A stretch of 64,000 nt of DNA from an uncultured Verrucomicrobiota bacterium (GTDB lineage Bacteria > Verrucomicrobiota > Verrucomicrobiia > Limisphaerales > CAIMTB01). The stretch's first letter is position 1, and each line of letters begins with the position of its first letter. A model generated the notes under the pieces. That model was not told where the DNA came from and ran no database searches. It saw nothing but the letters and a program-made list of their open reading frames with translations. The translations under genes were made by a program, and so were the position numbers. Positions 1 through 9,858 of the stretch are shown here, piece by piece. The stretch is from positions 105,206-169,205 of the forward strand of contig CAYMDA010000003.1 in the NCBI GenBank assembly GCA_964389135.1, written 5' to 3'.

Positions 1-812
1 TAGACCATGGCCTGAACGTTCACCGCGGTGCCCCACTCGGCGGGGATGTTGTACTTGCGCCGATACACCACCGCGCGGTCGTTCATCCACGAGCCGAACA
101 CGGCGCCGACGGCGCCCCAGAGCTGCTTCCACGGGTCCTGGGGAAACTCGCTTCCGGTCCGCTCCTTGATCAGCGCCTTGAACCTCCGGACGAGCTCCTT
201 CAGATCCTCGACCGTGAGCTTGGTGTCCTCGATGTCGTCGCCGTAGAGGTCATGCTTCAGCTCGTGAATGACCGTCTCGAACGGCTCGTGGTCCTCGCCC
301 GCGGTCTTCTGAACGCCCATCACGACGTCGCCGTACATCTGGATGAAGCGACGGTAGCAGTCCCACGCGAACCGCTCGTTCCGCGTGGCCTTGCCGAGCG
401 CCAGAACCGTCGTGTCGTTCAGACCGAGGTTCAGGATCGTGTCCATCATGCCCGGCATCGAATCGCGCGCGCCGGAGCGGACGGAAACCAGCAGCGGCAT
501 CGAATCGCGGTCACCGAACCCGGTGCCCATCGCCTTCTCGATGAAGGCAATCCCCGCGCGGACCTGCGCGTCGAGCTCCTTCGGGTACGTGCGCCGGTTC
601 GCATAGTAGTACGTACACACCTCCGTGGTGATCGTGAAGCCCGGAGGCACCGGCAGGCCGATGCGGCTCATCTCGGCAAGGTTCGCTCCCTTGCCGCCGA
701 GCAGCGCCTTCATCGAGCCGTCGCCGTCAGCCTTCTTGTTTCCGAAGAGATAAACGAACTTGGAAGATCGGGATGTGCGGGTCTTGGTCTTGGGGGTCGA
801 TTTCGTAGCCAT
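1..812 (-). CDS. ppdK: pyruvate, phosphate dikinase, N-terminal part (gene continues beyond left window edge)
   Basis: Reverse translation from ATG (complement of 810-812) reads [66 protein letters not shown]..., the conserved PPDK N-terminal region. The frame stays open to position 1. It is absent from the ORF track because it is truncated. Confidence 0.9.
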   Translation of the reverse strand, partial: MATKSTPKTKTRTSRSSKFVYLFGNKKADGDGSMKALLGGKGANLAEMSRIGLPVPPGFTITTEVCTYYYANRRTYPKELDAQVRAGIAFIEKAMGTGFGDRDSMPLLVSVRSGARDSMPGMMDTILNLGLNDTTVLALGKATRNERFAWDCYRRFIQMYGDVVMGVQKTAGEDHEPFETVIHELKHDLYGDDIEDTKLTVEDLKELVRRFKALIKERTGSEFPQDPWKQLWGAVGAVFGSWMNDRAVVYRRKYNIPAEWGTAVNVQAMV

Positions 813-934
813 ATACGTGCGGTTCCAGTGCCTCGAACCGGTCAGGATCGGATCCGTGTGACGAGAGCGAGCCGGTCGCTGGTGAAGGAACGCTAACAGT
901 ACGAGTGATCGTGTCAACGAAAACTCATGACCGC

Positions 935-956
935 CGACGCGGTGAGTGCCGCGTCG
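935..956 (-). terminator. possible hairpin downstream of the DUF3445-like gene
   Basis: CGACGCGG (935-942) / loop TGAGTG / CCGCGTCG (949-956), a perfect 8-bp stem. On the minus strand a TTTT run follows only after about 10 nt, so this is not a classical intrinsic terminator. Confidence 0.25.
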
Positions 957-1104
957 ACTTTCTACACAACTTGCTCGCTATCAGTTAGTTGCTTCTATCT
1001 CACTCCCGTGCGCCGAGACCATCGCCCTTGCGGGATTCCTTTCCGGAACGTCCGCCGCCGCCCGTCGCGCATCACCCGAATCCATCAGAAACGCTTCTAG
1101 GTCA

Positions 1105-1920
1105 TCACCCCCGCGTCCCGTCGTCCAGCCACTTCACCACCCGCGACCGGACCTCCTCCAGTCCCTTGTATCTCGCCATCTCCGGACTCATCGATGCCAG
1201 CGCGCGGCGAAGCCCCCGCCGAAGCGGATCGTCCGCGCGCACCTCGGCCAGGGGCGCGCACTCGATCCGGATCCCGAAGAGGACGCCGCGCGTCCGGGGC
1301 AGGGGCGCGAGGCACTGCTGCTCGACCCGCAGCCACAGGCCCGCCGGATCGGCAGCCGCTCCCACGCCGCTGAGTCCGCGCGCGGGGTGCAGGTTCCGCT
1401 CCGATGTGGATGCCAGGCCCCAGTTGGCGCGCAGGCAAGGGGACTGCATCCCGCCGAGGAGACGCTCGATCGGCGCCGCGAGCGCAGGGTTCAGGCCGGG
1501 CACCACGCCGTGAATCTCCCGCAGCCCGAGGCCCATCTTCGCCTCGGGCGCCCACGACGACGGGAAGCAGACCGCGCCCGCCATCATCCGCAGGCCCTCC
1601 GACACCGGCGCGAGCAGGATGACGTCCGGCTCGACACGCGCCCCGAGCTCGCCGAGGACGCTCGGAACGTCCGTGGCGGTCCATGCGGACAACAGCTCCG
1701 CGGCCTCGCGGATCAGCGACCCGGCGCCCGGCACGGAAAGGGCGTGCCTCTCCGGGTGCGCCACAATCCATTTCCGGCGTTCCGCGAGCACGGAGCCCGT
1801 CGGATCCCACACATAAAAGAAGCGGGCCGGATCCGCCGGCCGCAGCGTCAGTCGATGCGCGAAGTCCGCGTCCGGAAGGATGTCCTTCAGCGGGACGCGC
1901 GCGCCGTCGGTCAGAATCAT
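1105..1920 (-). CDS. DUF3445-family protein (heme-dependent oxidative N-demethylase alpha-subunit-like)
   Basis: 271-aa ORF with normal amino-acid composition. My recollection of DUF3445-type sequence features (ARFFYVWDP, CFPSSWAPEAKMG, HGVVPG) supports the call. Family assignment is from memory, not a search. Confidence 0.6.
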   Translation of the reverse strand: MILTDGARVPLKDILPDADFAHRLTLRPADPARFFYVWDPTGSVLAERRKWIVAHPERHALSVPGAGSLIREAAELLSAWTATDVPSVLGELGARVEPDVILLAPVSEGLRMMAGAVCFPSSWAPEAKMGLGLREIHGVVPGLNPALAAPIERLLGGMQSPCLRANWGLASTSERNLHPARGLSGVGAAADPAGLWLRVEQQCLAPLPRTRGVLFGIRIECAPLAEVRADDPLRRGLRRALASMSPEMARYKGLEEVRSRVVKWLDDGTRG

Positions 1921-1938
1921 GGCACGGGACGAAGCCGC

Positions 1939-3252
1939 TCAGGGGCGGGGTTCCCATCCGGGACGGTACTCGCGTGACCACAGGGCCGCCGCGGCGCGGC
2001 TGCCGCGGGGCTGCGCGGTCGCGGGGTTCAGCTCGATCTTCTCGCCGGTTCGATGCGCGATGTTTCCGAGGTGGCAGAGCAGGGTGCTGTAGCGCCCGTC
2101 CTCGGCCGGCGCCGTCGGCGTGTTCGATGGCCGCTCGATGCAGTCGAGGAACTGCGCCACGTGTGGCGCCGTCTTCACCTCGCCGTCCTCGCGGGCGGTC
2201 TCGCGGCCGTCCAGATCGAGGACGCGGAAGCCGGTCTCGCCGAGGATCAGCGTGCCGGTGCGGCCATGGAATGCCACGCCGGCCGGGGAATCCTCGCTGC
2301 CGTAGGGCTGGCAGCTCCGGTGTTCCCACGAGATCACGCGATCGCCGAAGTCGAACGTCGCCACCTGGGTGTCGGGAGTTTCCTGGTCGTCGTCGAAGAA
2401 ATAGCGGCCGCCGGTCGAGGCCACGCGCTGCGGGCATTGCACGTTGAGACCCCAGCGCGCGAGATCCAGGAAATGGATGCCGCTCTGTCCGAGCTCGCCG
2501 GTGCCCCAGTGCCAGATCCAGCGCCAGTGATCATGGACGATGTTGTCGCGGAACGGCCGCTCGGGCGCCGGGCCCTGCCAGAGCGTGTAATCGAGCCACT
2601 CCGGAACCGGCGCGAGCTGCCCGTAGCCCATGCTGCCGCGCCGGTCCGCGTACCACGCCCGGGCGAAATGAACCGGGCCGATCCCGCCGCCGCGCACCAG
2701 CTCGATGGCGCGGCGCACCCAGTCCAGCGAGCGCCGCTGGAGACCGGTCTGCAGGACCGTGCGGGAGCGCCTGAATGCATCGACGATCCATTCCGCCTCG
2801 CGCGGATTGTGGGAGAGCGGCGTCTCGACGAAGGCGTGCTTGCCAGCCCGGGCGGCCAGAAGGGCGGCCGGCGCGTGCCAGTGGTCCGGCGCGGCGATGA
2901 CGACCGCCTGGAGCCGGCGGTCATCGAGCATCTGCCGCAGGTCGGACGCCGTGCGGACCGGGCGCGCCTGGCGCTCGCGCACGACGGCGGTCGCGTTCTC
3001 CAGGGCGCGACGGTCCACGTCGCACAGCCACGTCACGACGACGCGGCGGGTATCGAGGAACTCGCGGAGCAGCTCGAGGCCGCGGCGGTTGAGCCCCATG
3101 AACCCGACCTGGACGGGACTGGAGACCTGTGCGGTGGCACGCGGGATCATCGACGCGGTGGCGATCGCGGCGGCGGCAAGCGCGCCCGAGCGCAGGAACT
3201 CCCGCCGCGACGGGCGAAGAGGGAGTGAAGAGCGGCATGGAATGGCGCGCAT
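1939..3252 (-). CDS. Gfo/Idh/MocA family oxidoreductase with twin-arginine (Tat) signal
   Basis: SRREFLRSGALAAAAIATA Tat-type signal, followed by a VGFMGLNRRG Rossmann start and Gfo/Idh/MocA-like body. Start set at the internal ATG (Met36 of the 472-aa track ORF). The extension to 3357 cannot be excluded. Confidence 0.8.
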   Translation of the reverse strand: MRAIPCRSSLPLRPSRREFLRSGALAAAAIATASMIPRATAQVSSPVQVGFMGLNRRGLELLREFLDTRRVVVTWLCDVDRRALENATAVVRERQARPVRTASDLRQMLDDRRLQAVVIAAPDHWHAPAALLAARAGKHAFVETPLSHNPREAEWIVDAFRRSRTVLQTGLQRRSLDWVRRAIELVRGGGIGPVHFARAWYADRRGSMGYGQLAPVPEWLDYTLWQGPAPERPFRDNIVHDHWRWIWHWGTGELGQSGIHFLDLARWGLNVQCPQRVASTGGRYFFDDDQETPDTQVATFDFGDRVISWEHRSCQPYGSEDSPAGVAFHGRTGTLILGETGFRVLDLDGRETAREDGEVKTAPHVAQFLDCIERPSNTPTAPAEDGRYSTLLCHLGNIAHRTGEKIELNPATAQPRGSRAAAALWSREYRPGWEPRP

Positions 3253-3504
3253 GACGGGGCCGAGGATGGGGCGGGCGCGCGGATCCGGCAACGCGGCTCG
3301 GGTACGGAAGCGGGGGGTTGCCGGGCGAATCAACGGGCGGCGGAAAGCCGGCGCCATTTATTGCGCACAATAAGTGTTATGTATGATTTAGCCGGCGCTG
3401 GTCAGGCGCCGCCCAGCCCCGGCATGATCCAGACCCAGAAACCATCCCATCCACCCGCATCCGCCGCCCCGGCATCCCGTACCCCTTTCCCCAATCCGGT
3501 ACCC

Positions 3505-3705
3505 ATGAGAATCGCCGAGTACAAAACCGCAACCGCCGCAGACCCCGAGGAACTCGATCGCGTCGTCAGCCGCCTCATCGAGGAAGGCTTTCAACCGTTC
3601 GGGTCCGTGTATCCCAACGTGAAGCCGCTCACCGCGCACCCCGAAACCCAGCTCGAAACCTGGCAGTACGCCCAGCCGATGGTCCGCTACGCCGCCAATC
3701 CCTGA
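3505..3705 (+). CDS. small DUF1737-like protein
   Basis: MRIAEYKTATAADPEELDRVVSRLIEEGFQPFGSV resembles the DUF1737 pattern (YKVV..s.eeLe..Vn.li.eGWqP.G.v). Alternative starts are ATG 3424 or TTG 3361. G/C-rich third positions support coding. Confidence 0.5.
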   Translation: MRIAEYKTATAADPEELDRVVSRLIEEGFQPFGSVYPNVKPLTAHPETQLETWQYAQPMVRYAANP

Positions 3706-3759
3706 CACCGGGCCCGAACCGGGGCGCGCGACCCCGGCGCCGACTGCGTGCGGGAACCC

Positions 3760-4638
3760 TCACGCGCGGCGCGGAGCGAACGCGGGAGCACGCACCGCCC
3801 GCGGCCGTGGATGGGAACGGAGGACCGGAGCCGCCGCGACGGCCGCAGTCCGACCGCGGCCCGGGAGCCGCTCGTCGCGTCCAACATTGCCGAGCGCGAG
3901 GATCGCCTCGGCATGAAGCTGGCACACGCGCGGCTCGGAAATCCCGAGCACCACCGCGATCTCCTGGAGCCGGAGGTCTTCCGTGTAGTAGAACGCGAGA
4001 ACCTGGCGATGCAGTTCCGGCAGCTCGTGGATGCGTTCCGCCAGGCGCGCCGCGAAGGACGTCGCCGGCGTGCGCCGGGCCCCGGCGGATTCCTCCGCGG
4101 GCGCGGGCCGCGTCGTCACGAATGTCGCGGGACTCAGGGTTTCCACGAGCTTCCGGTACTCCTCGACCGAAAGATTCAGGTCGCCGGCGATCTCCGCCTC
4201 CTCGGGATGACGCCCGCTGCGCGCCTCGATCCGATCCATGGCCGAGCGAACGTAGCGCGTGTCCTGTTGCGCCTCGAACGGGACCCAGTTGCGCTTGCGC
4301 AGCTCGTCCAGAACGGCTCCCTCGATCCGCAGCCGGGCGTAGGCCGTGAACTCCGCGCCGGCCCGCCAGTCGAAGCGGCGGATCGCCCCGAGGAGGCCGA
4401 AACGTCCGGCGCTGTGGAGGTCGCGCACGTTGATCGAGGCCGGAAGCGACACCGCGAAGCGGTCCACGACCGTCTTCACGAGGTCGAGGTGCATCTCCAT
4501 GAGCTCGTCCTCCGCGGCGCTGCCTTGTCCTCCGAGGCTGTACTCCTTCCAGAGCGCGGCGAGCGCGGAAGCGGGAGCATCGGACTGCGTGTCGGGGGTC
4601 GTGTCGATCGAGGTCACCTGAAGATCAGCGGTCATCAT
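3760..4638 (-). CDS. fliA: RNA polymerase sigma factor, FliA/WhiG (sigma-28) subfamily of sigma-70
   Basis: Region 2 (FDWRAGAEFTAYARLRIEGAVLDELRK) and region 4 HTH (LQEIAVVLGISEPRVCQLHAEAILAL). Start set at ATGATG (MMTADL); the track start at 4788 is an alternative. No flagellar genes occur in the window, so the fliA symbol is tentative. Confidence 0.75.
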   Translation of the reverse strand: MMTADLQVTSIDTTPDTQSDAPASALAALWKEYSLGGQGSAAEDELMEMHLDLVKTVVDRFAVSLPASINVRDLHSAGRFGLLGAIRRFDWRAGAEFTAYARLRIEGAVLDELRKRNWVPFEAQQDTRYVRSAMDRIEARSGRHPEEAEIAGDLNLSVEEYRKLVETLSPATFVTTRPAPAEESAGARRTPATSFAARLAERIHELPELHRQVLAFYYTEDLRLQEIAVVLGISEPRVCQLHAEAILALGNVGRDERLPGRGRTAAVAAAPVLRSHPRPRAVRAPAFAPRRA

Positions 4639-4824
4639 GTTCTTGGTCGTGGGCGCGGCGTTGTTGGATTTGCGTCTGCCGGGAGGTCGCCCGGAGTTGT
4701 GTGGGCGGCAAACCTTCACTGCCCGAGCAGTATGGAAGCATCCGCCCTGCCAGAACGCTTGCACGGATCGGAAGGAGCCGGGATTCATTGCGTCGCACGA
4801 ATCAGGAAGACGCGCAACTCGTTC

Positions 4825-4875
4825 GACTTAAGACAGTTACACCATGTGGGTTCCGGACTCGGCAAGTGACTTAAG
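4825..4875. repeat. two copies of the octamer GACTTAAG, 43 nt apart (start to start)
   Basis: GACTTAAG at 4825-4832 and 4868-4875 in a locally AT-richer stretch, about 190-235 nt upstream of the sigma-factor start. Each copy contains the palindrome CTTAAG. Confidence 0.5.
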
Positions 4876-4966
4876 GCTGCCGTCTGTTCCAGGTCGACCG
4901 AAGGCAATGTCTGCCGCCCGTCGGATCGAGGGGGCGGAATCCGGAAGAAACTGCCGCAACCCTTCG

Positions 4967-4988
4967 AATGAAGCGGGAATGAAGCGGG
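4967..4988. repeat. perfect tandem duplication of an 11-mer (AATGAAGCGGG x2)
   Basis: AATGAAGCGGG at 4967-4977 and again at 4978-4988, read directly from the sequence, inside the 468-nt intergenic region. Confidence 0.6.
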
Positions 4989-5012
4989 AAGCGCCGGCGG
5001 CTTCCGGAAAAG

Positions 5013-5050
5013 GTCGCCGCGCGCGGGAGTGCATCCGGGCGCGCGGCGAC
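5013..5050 (-). terminator. candidate intrinsic terminator of the sucB-lpdA unit
   Basis: Perfect 12-bp GC stem GTCGCCGCGCGC (5013-5024) / GCGCGCGGCGAC (5039-5050) with a 14-nt loop, 57 nt downstream of the lpdA stop. On the minus-strand RNA the stem is followed by CUUUUCC. Confidence 0.5.
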
Positions 5051-5106
5051 AGAAATTGCCGGGAGCGGAGAGGGACGCCGCGCGGTTCGCGGAACGCGCG
5101 CCTCCG

Positions 5107-6492
5107 TCAGATGTGGATGGCGCGCCCGTCCACGGCGAGGGCGGCCTCGCGCACGGCCTCGGAGAGCGTGGGATGGGCGTGGCAGGTGCGGGCGATATCC
5201 TCGCTGCTGGCGCCGAACGCCATGGCGGTGGCCGCCTCGGCGATGAGGTCCCCTGCCCTCGCGCCGATGATGTGCACGCCGAGGACGCGGTCGGTCGCGG
5301 CGTGCGCGAGGATCTTGACCCGGCCCTCGGTGTTTCCGAGCGCGCGGGCGCGGCCGTTTGCGGAGAAGGGAAAGACGCCCTTTCGATACTCCACGCCCGC
5401 GGAGCGGAGTTCCTCCTCGGACTTGCCGACGGTCGCGATCTCGGGATGCGTGTACACGATTCCGGGGATGGTGTCGTAATCGACGTGGCCGTGGCCGGTC
5501 ACGAGGTATTCGGCGAACGCGATGCCTTCCTCCTCGGCCTTGTGGGCGAGCATGGGGCCGGGGATCACGTCGCCGATGGCGAAGATTCCCTGCGCGGCGG
5601 TTTCGAAGCGCTCGTTGACGGGGATGCGGCCGCGTTCGTCGAGATCGATGCCCACGGTTTCGAGCCCGAGATCGGAGGTGTTGGCGCGGCGGCCGACGGC
5701 GACGAGCACGCGATCGCACTCGATGGATTCATCCTCGCCGAGGCGGACGACGCATTTGCCGTCGCCCTTCCTGACGCCGGTGACGGCCGCCTTGAGACGG
5801 AACTCGAGCCCCTGCTTTTCAAACAGCTTGCGGGCTTCCGCGGCGATCTCGGCATCGAGTCCGGGAAGGATCCGGTCAAGGTACTCGACGACCGTGACGC
5901 GGGAGCCGAGGCGCCGCCATACGGAGCCGAGTTCGAGGCCGATGTAGCCGGCGCCGATCACGACGAGGTGGCCCGGCACCTCGGGATAGCTCAGCGCGGC
6001 GGTGCTGGTTCCCACGCGGTCCTCGTCGATCTCGACGCCGGGCAGGGTGCTGGGGACGCTGCCCGTGGCGATGAGGATGCTGCGGGCGAGGAGGTCGACG
6101 GGTTCGCTGCCGGTGACCCGCACCCTGCCCTGCCCCATGATGCGGCCGTGGCCCTGATAGCGGGTGATGCGGTTCTTGCGGAAGAGCGAATCGACGCCGC
6201 GGGTCAGCGCGGTGACGACACTGTCCTTCCGCTTGAGCAGCGCGGGCAGGTCGAGCGACACGTCGCCGACCTTCACGCCGTGGGATTTCAGGGAGTTTCG
6301 CGCCTCCTCGAAGCGCTCACTGGATTCGAGCAGGGCCTTGCTCGGGATGCAGCCGATGCGCAGGCACGTGCCCCCGAGGGCGCTCTCGCGCTCGACGCAG
6401 GCGACCTTGAGGCCGAGCTGGGCGGCGCGGATCGCGGCGACGTAGCCGCCCGGTCCCGCGCCGATGACGATGAGGTCGAAGGATTCTGCCAT
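5107..6492 (-). CDS. lpdA: dihydrolipoyl dehydrogenase (E3)
   Basis: FDLIVIGAGPGGYVAAIRAAQLG FAD-binding motif, redox-active GGTCLRIGCIPSK disulfide, C-terminal HAHPTLSE interface motif. Confidence 0.95.
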   Translation of the reverse strand: MAESFDLIVIGAGPGGYVAAIRAAQLGLKVACVERESALGGTCLRIGCIPSKALLESSERFEEARNSLKSHGVKVGDVSLDLPALLKRKDSVVTALTRGVDSLFRKNRITRYQGHGRIMGQGRVRVTGSEPVDLLARSILIATGSVPSTLPGVEIDEDRVGTSTAALSYPEVPGHLVVIGAGYIGLELGSVWRRLGSRVTVVEYLDRILPGLDAEIAAEARKLFEKQGLEFRLKAAVTGVRKGDGKCVVRLGEDESIECDRVLVAVGRRANTSDLGLETVGIDLDERGRIPVNERFETAAQGIFAIGDVIPGPMLAHKAEEEGIAFAEYLVTGHGHVDYDTIPGIVYTHPEIATVGKSEEELRSAGVEYRKGVFPFSANGRARALGNTEGRVKILAHAATDRVLGVHIIGARAGDLIAEAATAMAFGASSEDIARTCHAHPTLSEAVREAALAVDGRAIHI

Positions 6493-6521
6493 GAGAACCG
6501 GGAAGCGCGCGGCACGCCGTG

Positions 6522-7742
6522 CTAGACCTCCAGGAGCATCCGGGCGGGCGCCTCGATGAACTCCTTCACGCGCTTGAGGAACGTGACGGCCTCGCGCCCG
6601 TCCACGAGCCGGTGGTCATACGTCAGCGCGACGTACATCATCGGACGGATGACGACCTGGCCGTTCACGGCCACGGGCCGTTCCTGGATGGCGTGCATGC
6701 CGAGGATGCCGCTCTGGGGCGGATTGATGATCGGGGTGGAGAGAAGGCTCCCGTAGATGCCGCCGTTGGTGATCGTGAACGTGCCGCCCTGGAGCTCCTC
6801 GGGCTTGATCCGGGCTTCCTTCGCGCGTGCGGCAAGGTCCGCGATGGCCTTCTCGACCTCGGCGAAGCTGAGGCGTTCGGCGTTGCGAATGACGGGCACC
6901 ACGAGCCCCTTCCCGCCGCCGATCGCGACGCCGATGTCGTAGTAATGACGATAGAGAATGTGCTGTTCGCGGATCTCCGCGTTCAGGGCCGGGATCTGCT
7001 TGAGCGCCTCGATCACCGCCTTCACGAAGAAGGACATGAAACCCAGCTTGATGCCATGGCGCTTCGTGAACGCCTCCTGATGCTCGGACCGGAGGGCGAT
7101 CACGGCCGACATGTCGATCTCGTTGAACGTGGTGAGCATCGCCATGGTGGACTGCGCCTCCACCAGCCGCCGCGCGACCGTTCGCCGCAGCGGGGTCATC
7201 GGAACGAGCTCTTCCTCCCGGGCGCCAGCGGGCTGGGGCGCTTCGACCGGGGCGGCCGCCGGGCTCGCTCCCGGCGCGGGCGCCTTCGCCGCCGCGGCGC
7301 GGAGGGCATCCTCCTTCGTGATCCGGCCGCCGCGGCCGCTCCCGGTGACGGACTCCCGCGGGATCCCGGACTGTTCGAGGATGCGCTGCGCCGCGGGCAT
7401 GACCGGCGGGGCGGCCGAGGCGGGCAGCGGCGATTCCGCGGCCACCGGGGTCGCGGCCTGCGGTGCCTCGGCCCCGCCCGGAGCGGGCTCGGGCGCGGCC
7501 GCGCCGTCGGTGGAGATCTCGGCGATGGCATCCCCGACGCGCGCCGCCTCGCCGCGCCGCTTGAGAATGCGGCTGAGAACTCCCTGGACGGGGGCCGGGA
7601 TCTCGACGGTTGCCTTTTCGGATTCGATCAGGACGAGCGGCTCGTCCTTGCGCACGGCCTGGCCCTCCTGTTTCAGCCAGTCACCAATCTGGACCTCCGA
7701 GATGGATTCGCCGACGGCAGGGACACGCAGTTCGAATGGCAT
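6522..7742 (-). CDS. sucB: dihydrolipoyllysine-residue succinyltransferase (E2 of 2-oxoglutarate dehydrogenase)
   Basis: Single lipoyl domain ([14 protein letters not shown]), Ala/Pro linker, and catalytic domain ending in [33 protein letters not shown], as is typical of SucB. Confidence 0.9.
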   Translation of the reverse strand: MPFELRVPAVGESISEVQIGDWLKQEGQAVRKDEPLVLIESEKATVEIPAPVQGVLSRILKRRGEAARVGDAIAEISTDGAAAPEPAPGGAEAPQAATPVAAESPLPASAAPPVMPAAQRILEQSGIPRESVTGSGRGGRITKEDALRAAAAKAPAPGASPAAAPVEAPQPAGAREEELVPMTPLRRTVARRLVEAQSTMAMLTTFNEIDMSAVIALRSEHQEAFTKRHGIKLGFMSFFVKAVIEALKQIPALNAEIREQHILYRHYYDIGVAIGGGKGLVVPVIRNAERLSFAEVEKAIADLAARAKEARIKPEELQGGTFTITNGGIYGSLLSTPIINPPQSGILGMHAIQERPVAVNGQVVIRPMMYVALTYDHRLVDGREAVTFLKRVKEFIEAPARMLLEV

Positions 7743-7851
7743 AGGCTGAGGCAGGGGGGCACCGGCTCCCGGGATGGGTGACGCGCCCTCGCACGACGAG
7801 GGTAACGCCCGTTGTCAGTCCAGCAAGCCTGTAGCAGATTCCGCGGGCATC

Positions 7852-8412
7852 ATGGCGGACAAGATTCAATCCCTTCGCGGCTACCTGCTCCTGGATGGAG
7901 GGAAACTGATGGGCTCATGGTTTCACCGCGCGGTGGTGCTGATCTGTCATCATGACGCGGAGGGCGCCTTCGGGCTGGTCCTCAACCGCCCCTCGGGGAC
8001 GGACGTCGGCGAGGCGCTCGCCGGGGAGTTCTCCGAGGTTCTCCGGCAGCAGCCGCTCTACATCGGCGGGCCGGTGCAGCCGGGCGCGCTCAGCTTTCTC
8101 CACACGGAATCCTACCTTCCGAACGGGTCGGTCATGCCGAACGTGAACCTGGGCCACTCCCTCGATCAACTCATCGAACTCGCGAGCGAGTTTTCCCCCG
8201 GCCGGCAGATCCTTGTGTTCGCCGGGTACGCCGGATGGAGTGCCGGCCAGCTCGAGGACGAACTGGCGCGCGACGCATGGCTCGTGCACCCGGCCACCCC
8301 CGAGCTGATCTTCGACGGAAATCCGGAGCAGCTCTGGAGCAAGATCCTCAAGTCCCGGGGCGGCATCTTCCGGCTGCTGGCCGACGCGCCGGAGGATCCG
8401 TCCTGGAACTGA
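7852..8412 (+). CDS. yqgE: YqgE/AlgH family protein (UPF0301)
   Basis: LRGYLLLDGGKLMGSWFHRAVVLICHHDAEGAFGLVLNRP and FAGYAGWSAGQLEDEL are hallmark YqgE/AlgH stretches. Start set at the internal ATG (MADKIQ). Confidence 0.85.
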   Translation: MADKIQSLRGYLLLDGGKLMGSWFHRAVVLICHHDAEGAFGLVLNRPSGTDVGEALAGEFSEVLRQQPLYIGGPVQPGALSFLHTESYLPNGSVMPNVNLGHSLDQLIELASEFSPGRQILVFAGYAGWSAGQLEDELARDAWLVHPATPELIFDGNPEQLWSKILKSRGGIFRLLADAPEDPSWN

Positions 8413-8496
8413 CGCGACGCGGCCTCGCGTCCGGCGGCCCCTGGAGAACCGCGGTCCGTGATTGCGGCCGCGATCACCACAGCGGAGTGTTGCGAC

Positions 8497-9771
8497 ATGA
8501 ACGACGGTCGGAAGCACGTGGTGGTTCTGGGCGCCGGCTTCGGAGGACTCACGTTCTGTCAGTCCTTCCGCCACCCCCGGGCGAGGGTGACCCTCGTCGA
8601 GCGGACGAACCATCACTTGTTCCAGCCCCTGCTCTACCAGGTGGCCACGGCGGGCCTCTCGGCCCCCGAGATCGCGGCGCCGGTGCGGTCGCTCTTCTCC
8701 GATCGTCCGGATGTGACCGTGCTGATGGACACGGTCCAGGCCATCGATCTCGCCGCCCGGACCGTGACGCTCGAGAAGGAGACCCTTTCGTTCGACCACC
8801 TGGTCATCGCCCTCGGCGGGATCACCAGCTACTTCGGTCACCCCGAATGGGAGCAGTTCGCGCCGGGACTCAAGACACTGGACGACGCGATGCGGATCCG
8901 GAGGGACGTGCTCCTCGCGTTCGAGCGGGCCGAGAGCGAGCCGGATCCCGCGCGGCGGGCCGAGCTGATGACGACGGTCGTGGTCGGCGGCGGCCCGACC
9001 GGAGTCGAACTGGCCGGCGCGTTCGCGGAACTGGCGCGCACGGTTCTCGCCCGGGACTTCCGTCGGGTGGACACGAAGCACGCGCGGGTCATCCTCCTCG
9101 AGGGCGGACCGCGGCTGCTGGCGCACCTTCCGGAGGAACTCAGCGAGAGCGCCCGGCGCCAGCTCGCGGGCCTCGGCGTCGAGGTGATGACTGGCGCCAT
9201 GGTGGAGAGCATCGGGCCGCGGGTCGTGCGCCTGAAGGACGGGAGGGAGCTTCGGGCCGCGAACATCATCTGGGCGGCCGGCGTGCAGGCGTCGCCGCTG
9301 ACGCGTTCGCTCGGCGTGGAAGTGGACCGTGCCGGGCGGATCAGGACGGCGCCGGACCTGAGTGTTCCCGGGCATCCGAACGTGTTCGCGGTCGGCGACG
9401 TCGCCCTGGTGCTGCAGGACGACGGGAGCCCGGTTCCGGGGGTGTCGCCCGCGGCGATGCAGATGGCGCGGCACGTGGCCCGCACCATCCGGCGCGAGCT
9501 GAACGCGGTGCACGGGATGCCGGAGGCGCGGGAGGCGTTTCGATACTGGGACAAGGGAACGATGGCGACGATCGGCCGGTCGGCGGCGGTGGCGAAGATC
9601 GGCTCCGTTGAGCTGGCGGGTTTCCCGGCATGGCTCGCGTGGCTGGGCGTCCACCTCGTGTTCCTCATCGGGTTCCGCAACAAGATCGCGGTGCTGCTGC
9701 AGTGGGCCTACTCGTATTTCACGTACAAGCGCGGCGCACGGATCATCATGGGCCGCGAGGCGCCCGGCTGA
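8497..9771 (+). CDS. ndh: type II NADH:quinone oxidoreductase (NDH-2)
   Basis: KHVVVLGAGFGGLTF and TVVVGGGPTGVELAGAF dinucleotide-binding motifs, plus GDVA near the C-terminal part. Start set at the internal ATG (MNDGRK). Confidence 0.85.
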   Translation: MNDGRKHVVVLGAGFGGLTFCQSFRHPRARVTLVERTNHHLFQPLLYQVATAGLSAPEIAAPVRSLFSDRPDVTVLMDTVQAIDLAARTVTLEKETLSFDHLVIALGGITSYFGHPEWEQFAPGLKTLDDAMRIRRDVLLAFERAESEPDPARRAELMTTVVVGGGPTGVELAGAFAELARTVLARDFRRVDTKHARVILLEGGPRLLAHLPEELSESARRQLAGLGVEVMTGAMVESIGPRVVRLKDGRELRAANIIWAAGVQASPLTRSLGVEVDRAGRIRTAPDLSVPGHPNVFAVGDVALVLQDDGSPVPGVSPAAMQMARHVARTIRRELNAVHGMPEAREAFRYWDKGTMATIGRSAAVAKIGSVELAGFPAWLAWLGVHLVFLIGFRNKIAVLLQWAYSYFTYKRGARIIMGREAPG

Positions 9772-9858
9772 CCTCGACGTGACCACGGCCGCGGCGGGCG
9801 GTGCGACCGCGAGAGGAGGCTTGGAGCCGCGCGCGCGGCATGCGTACGCTCGTGGGGC

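Noticed and set aside
3719-3737. Short GC hairpin (CCGGGG-N7-CCCCGG) between the convergent DUF1737-like and sigma-factor genes as a bidirectional terminator
   Set aside because: The stem is only 6 bp and there is no U-tract on either strand. Such short GC palindromes occur by chance throughout this GC-rich sequence.
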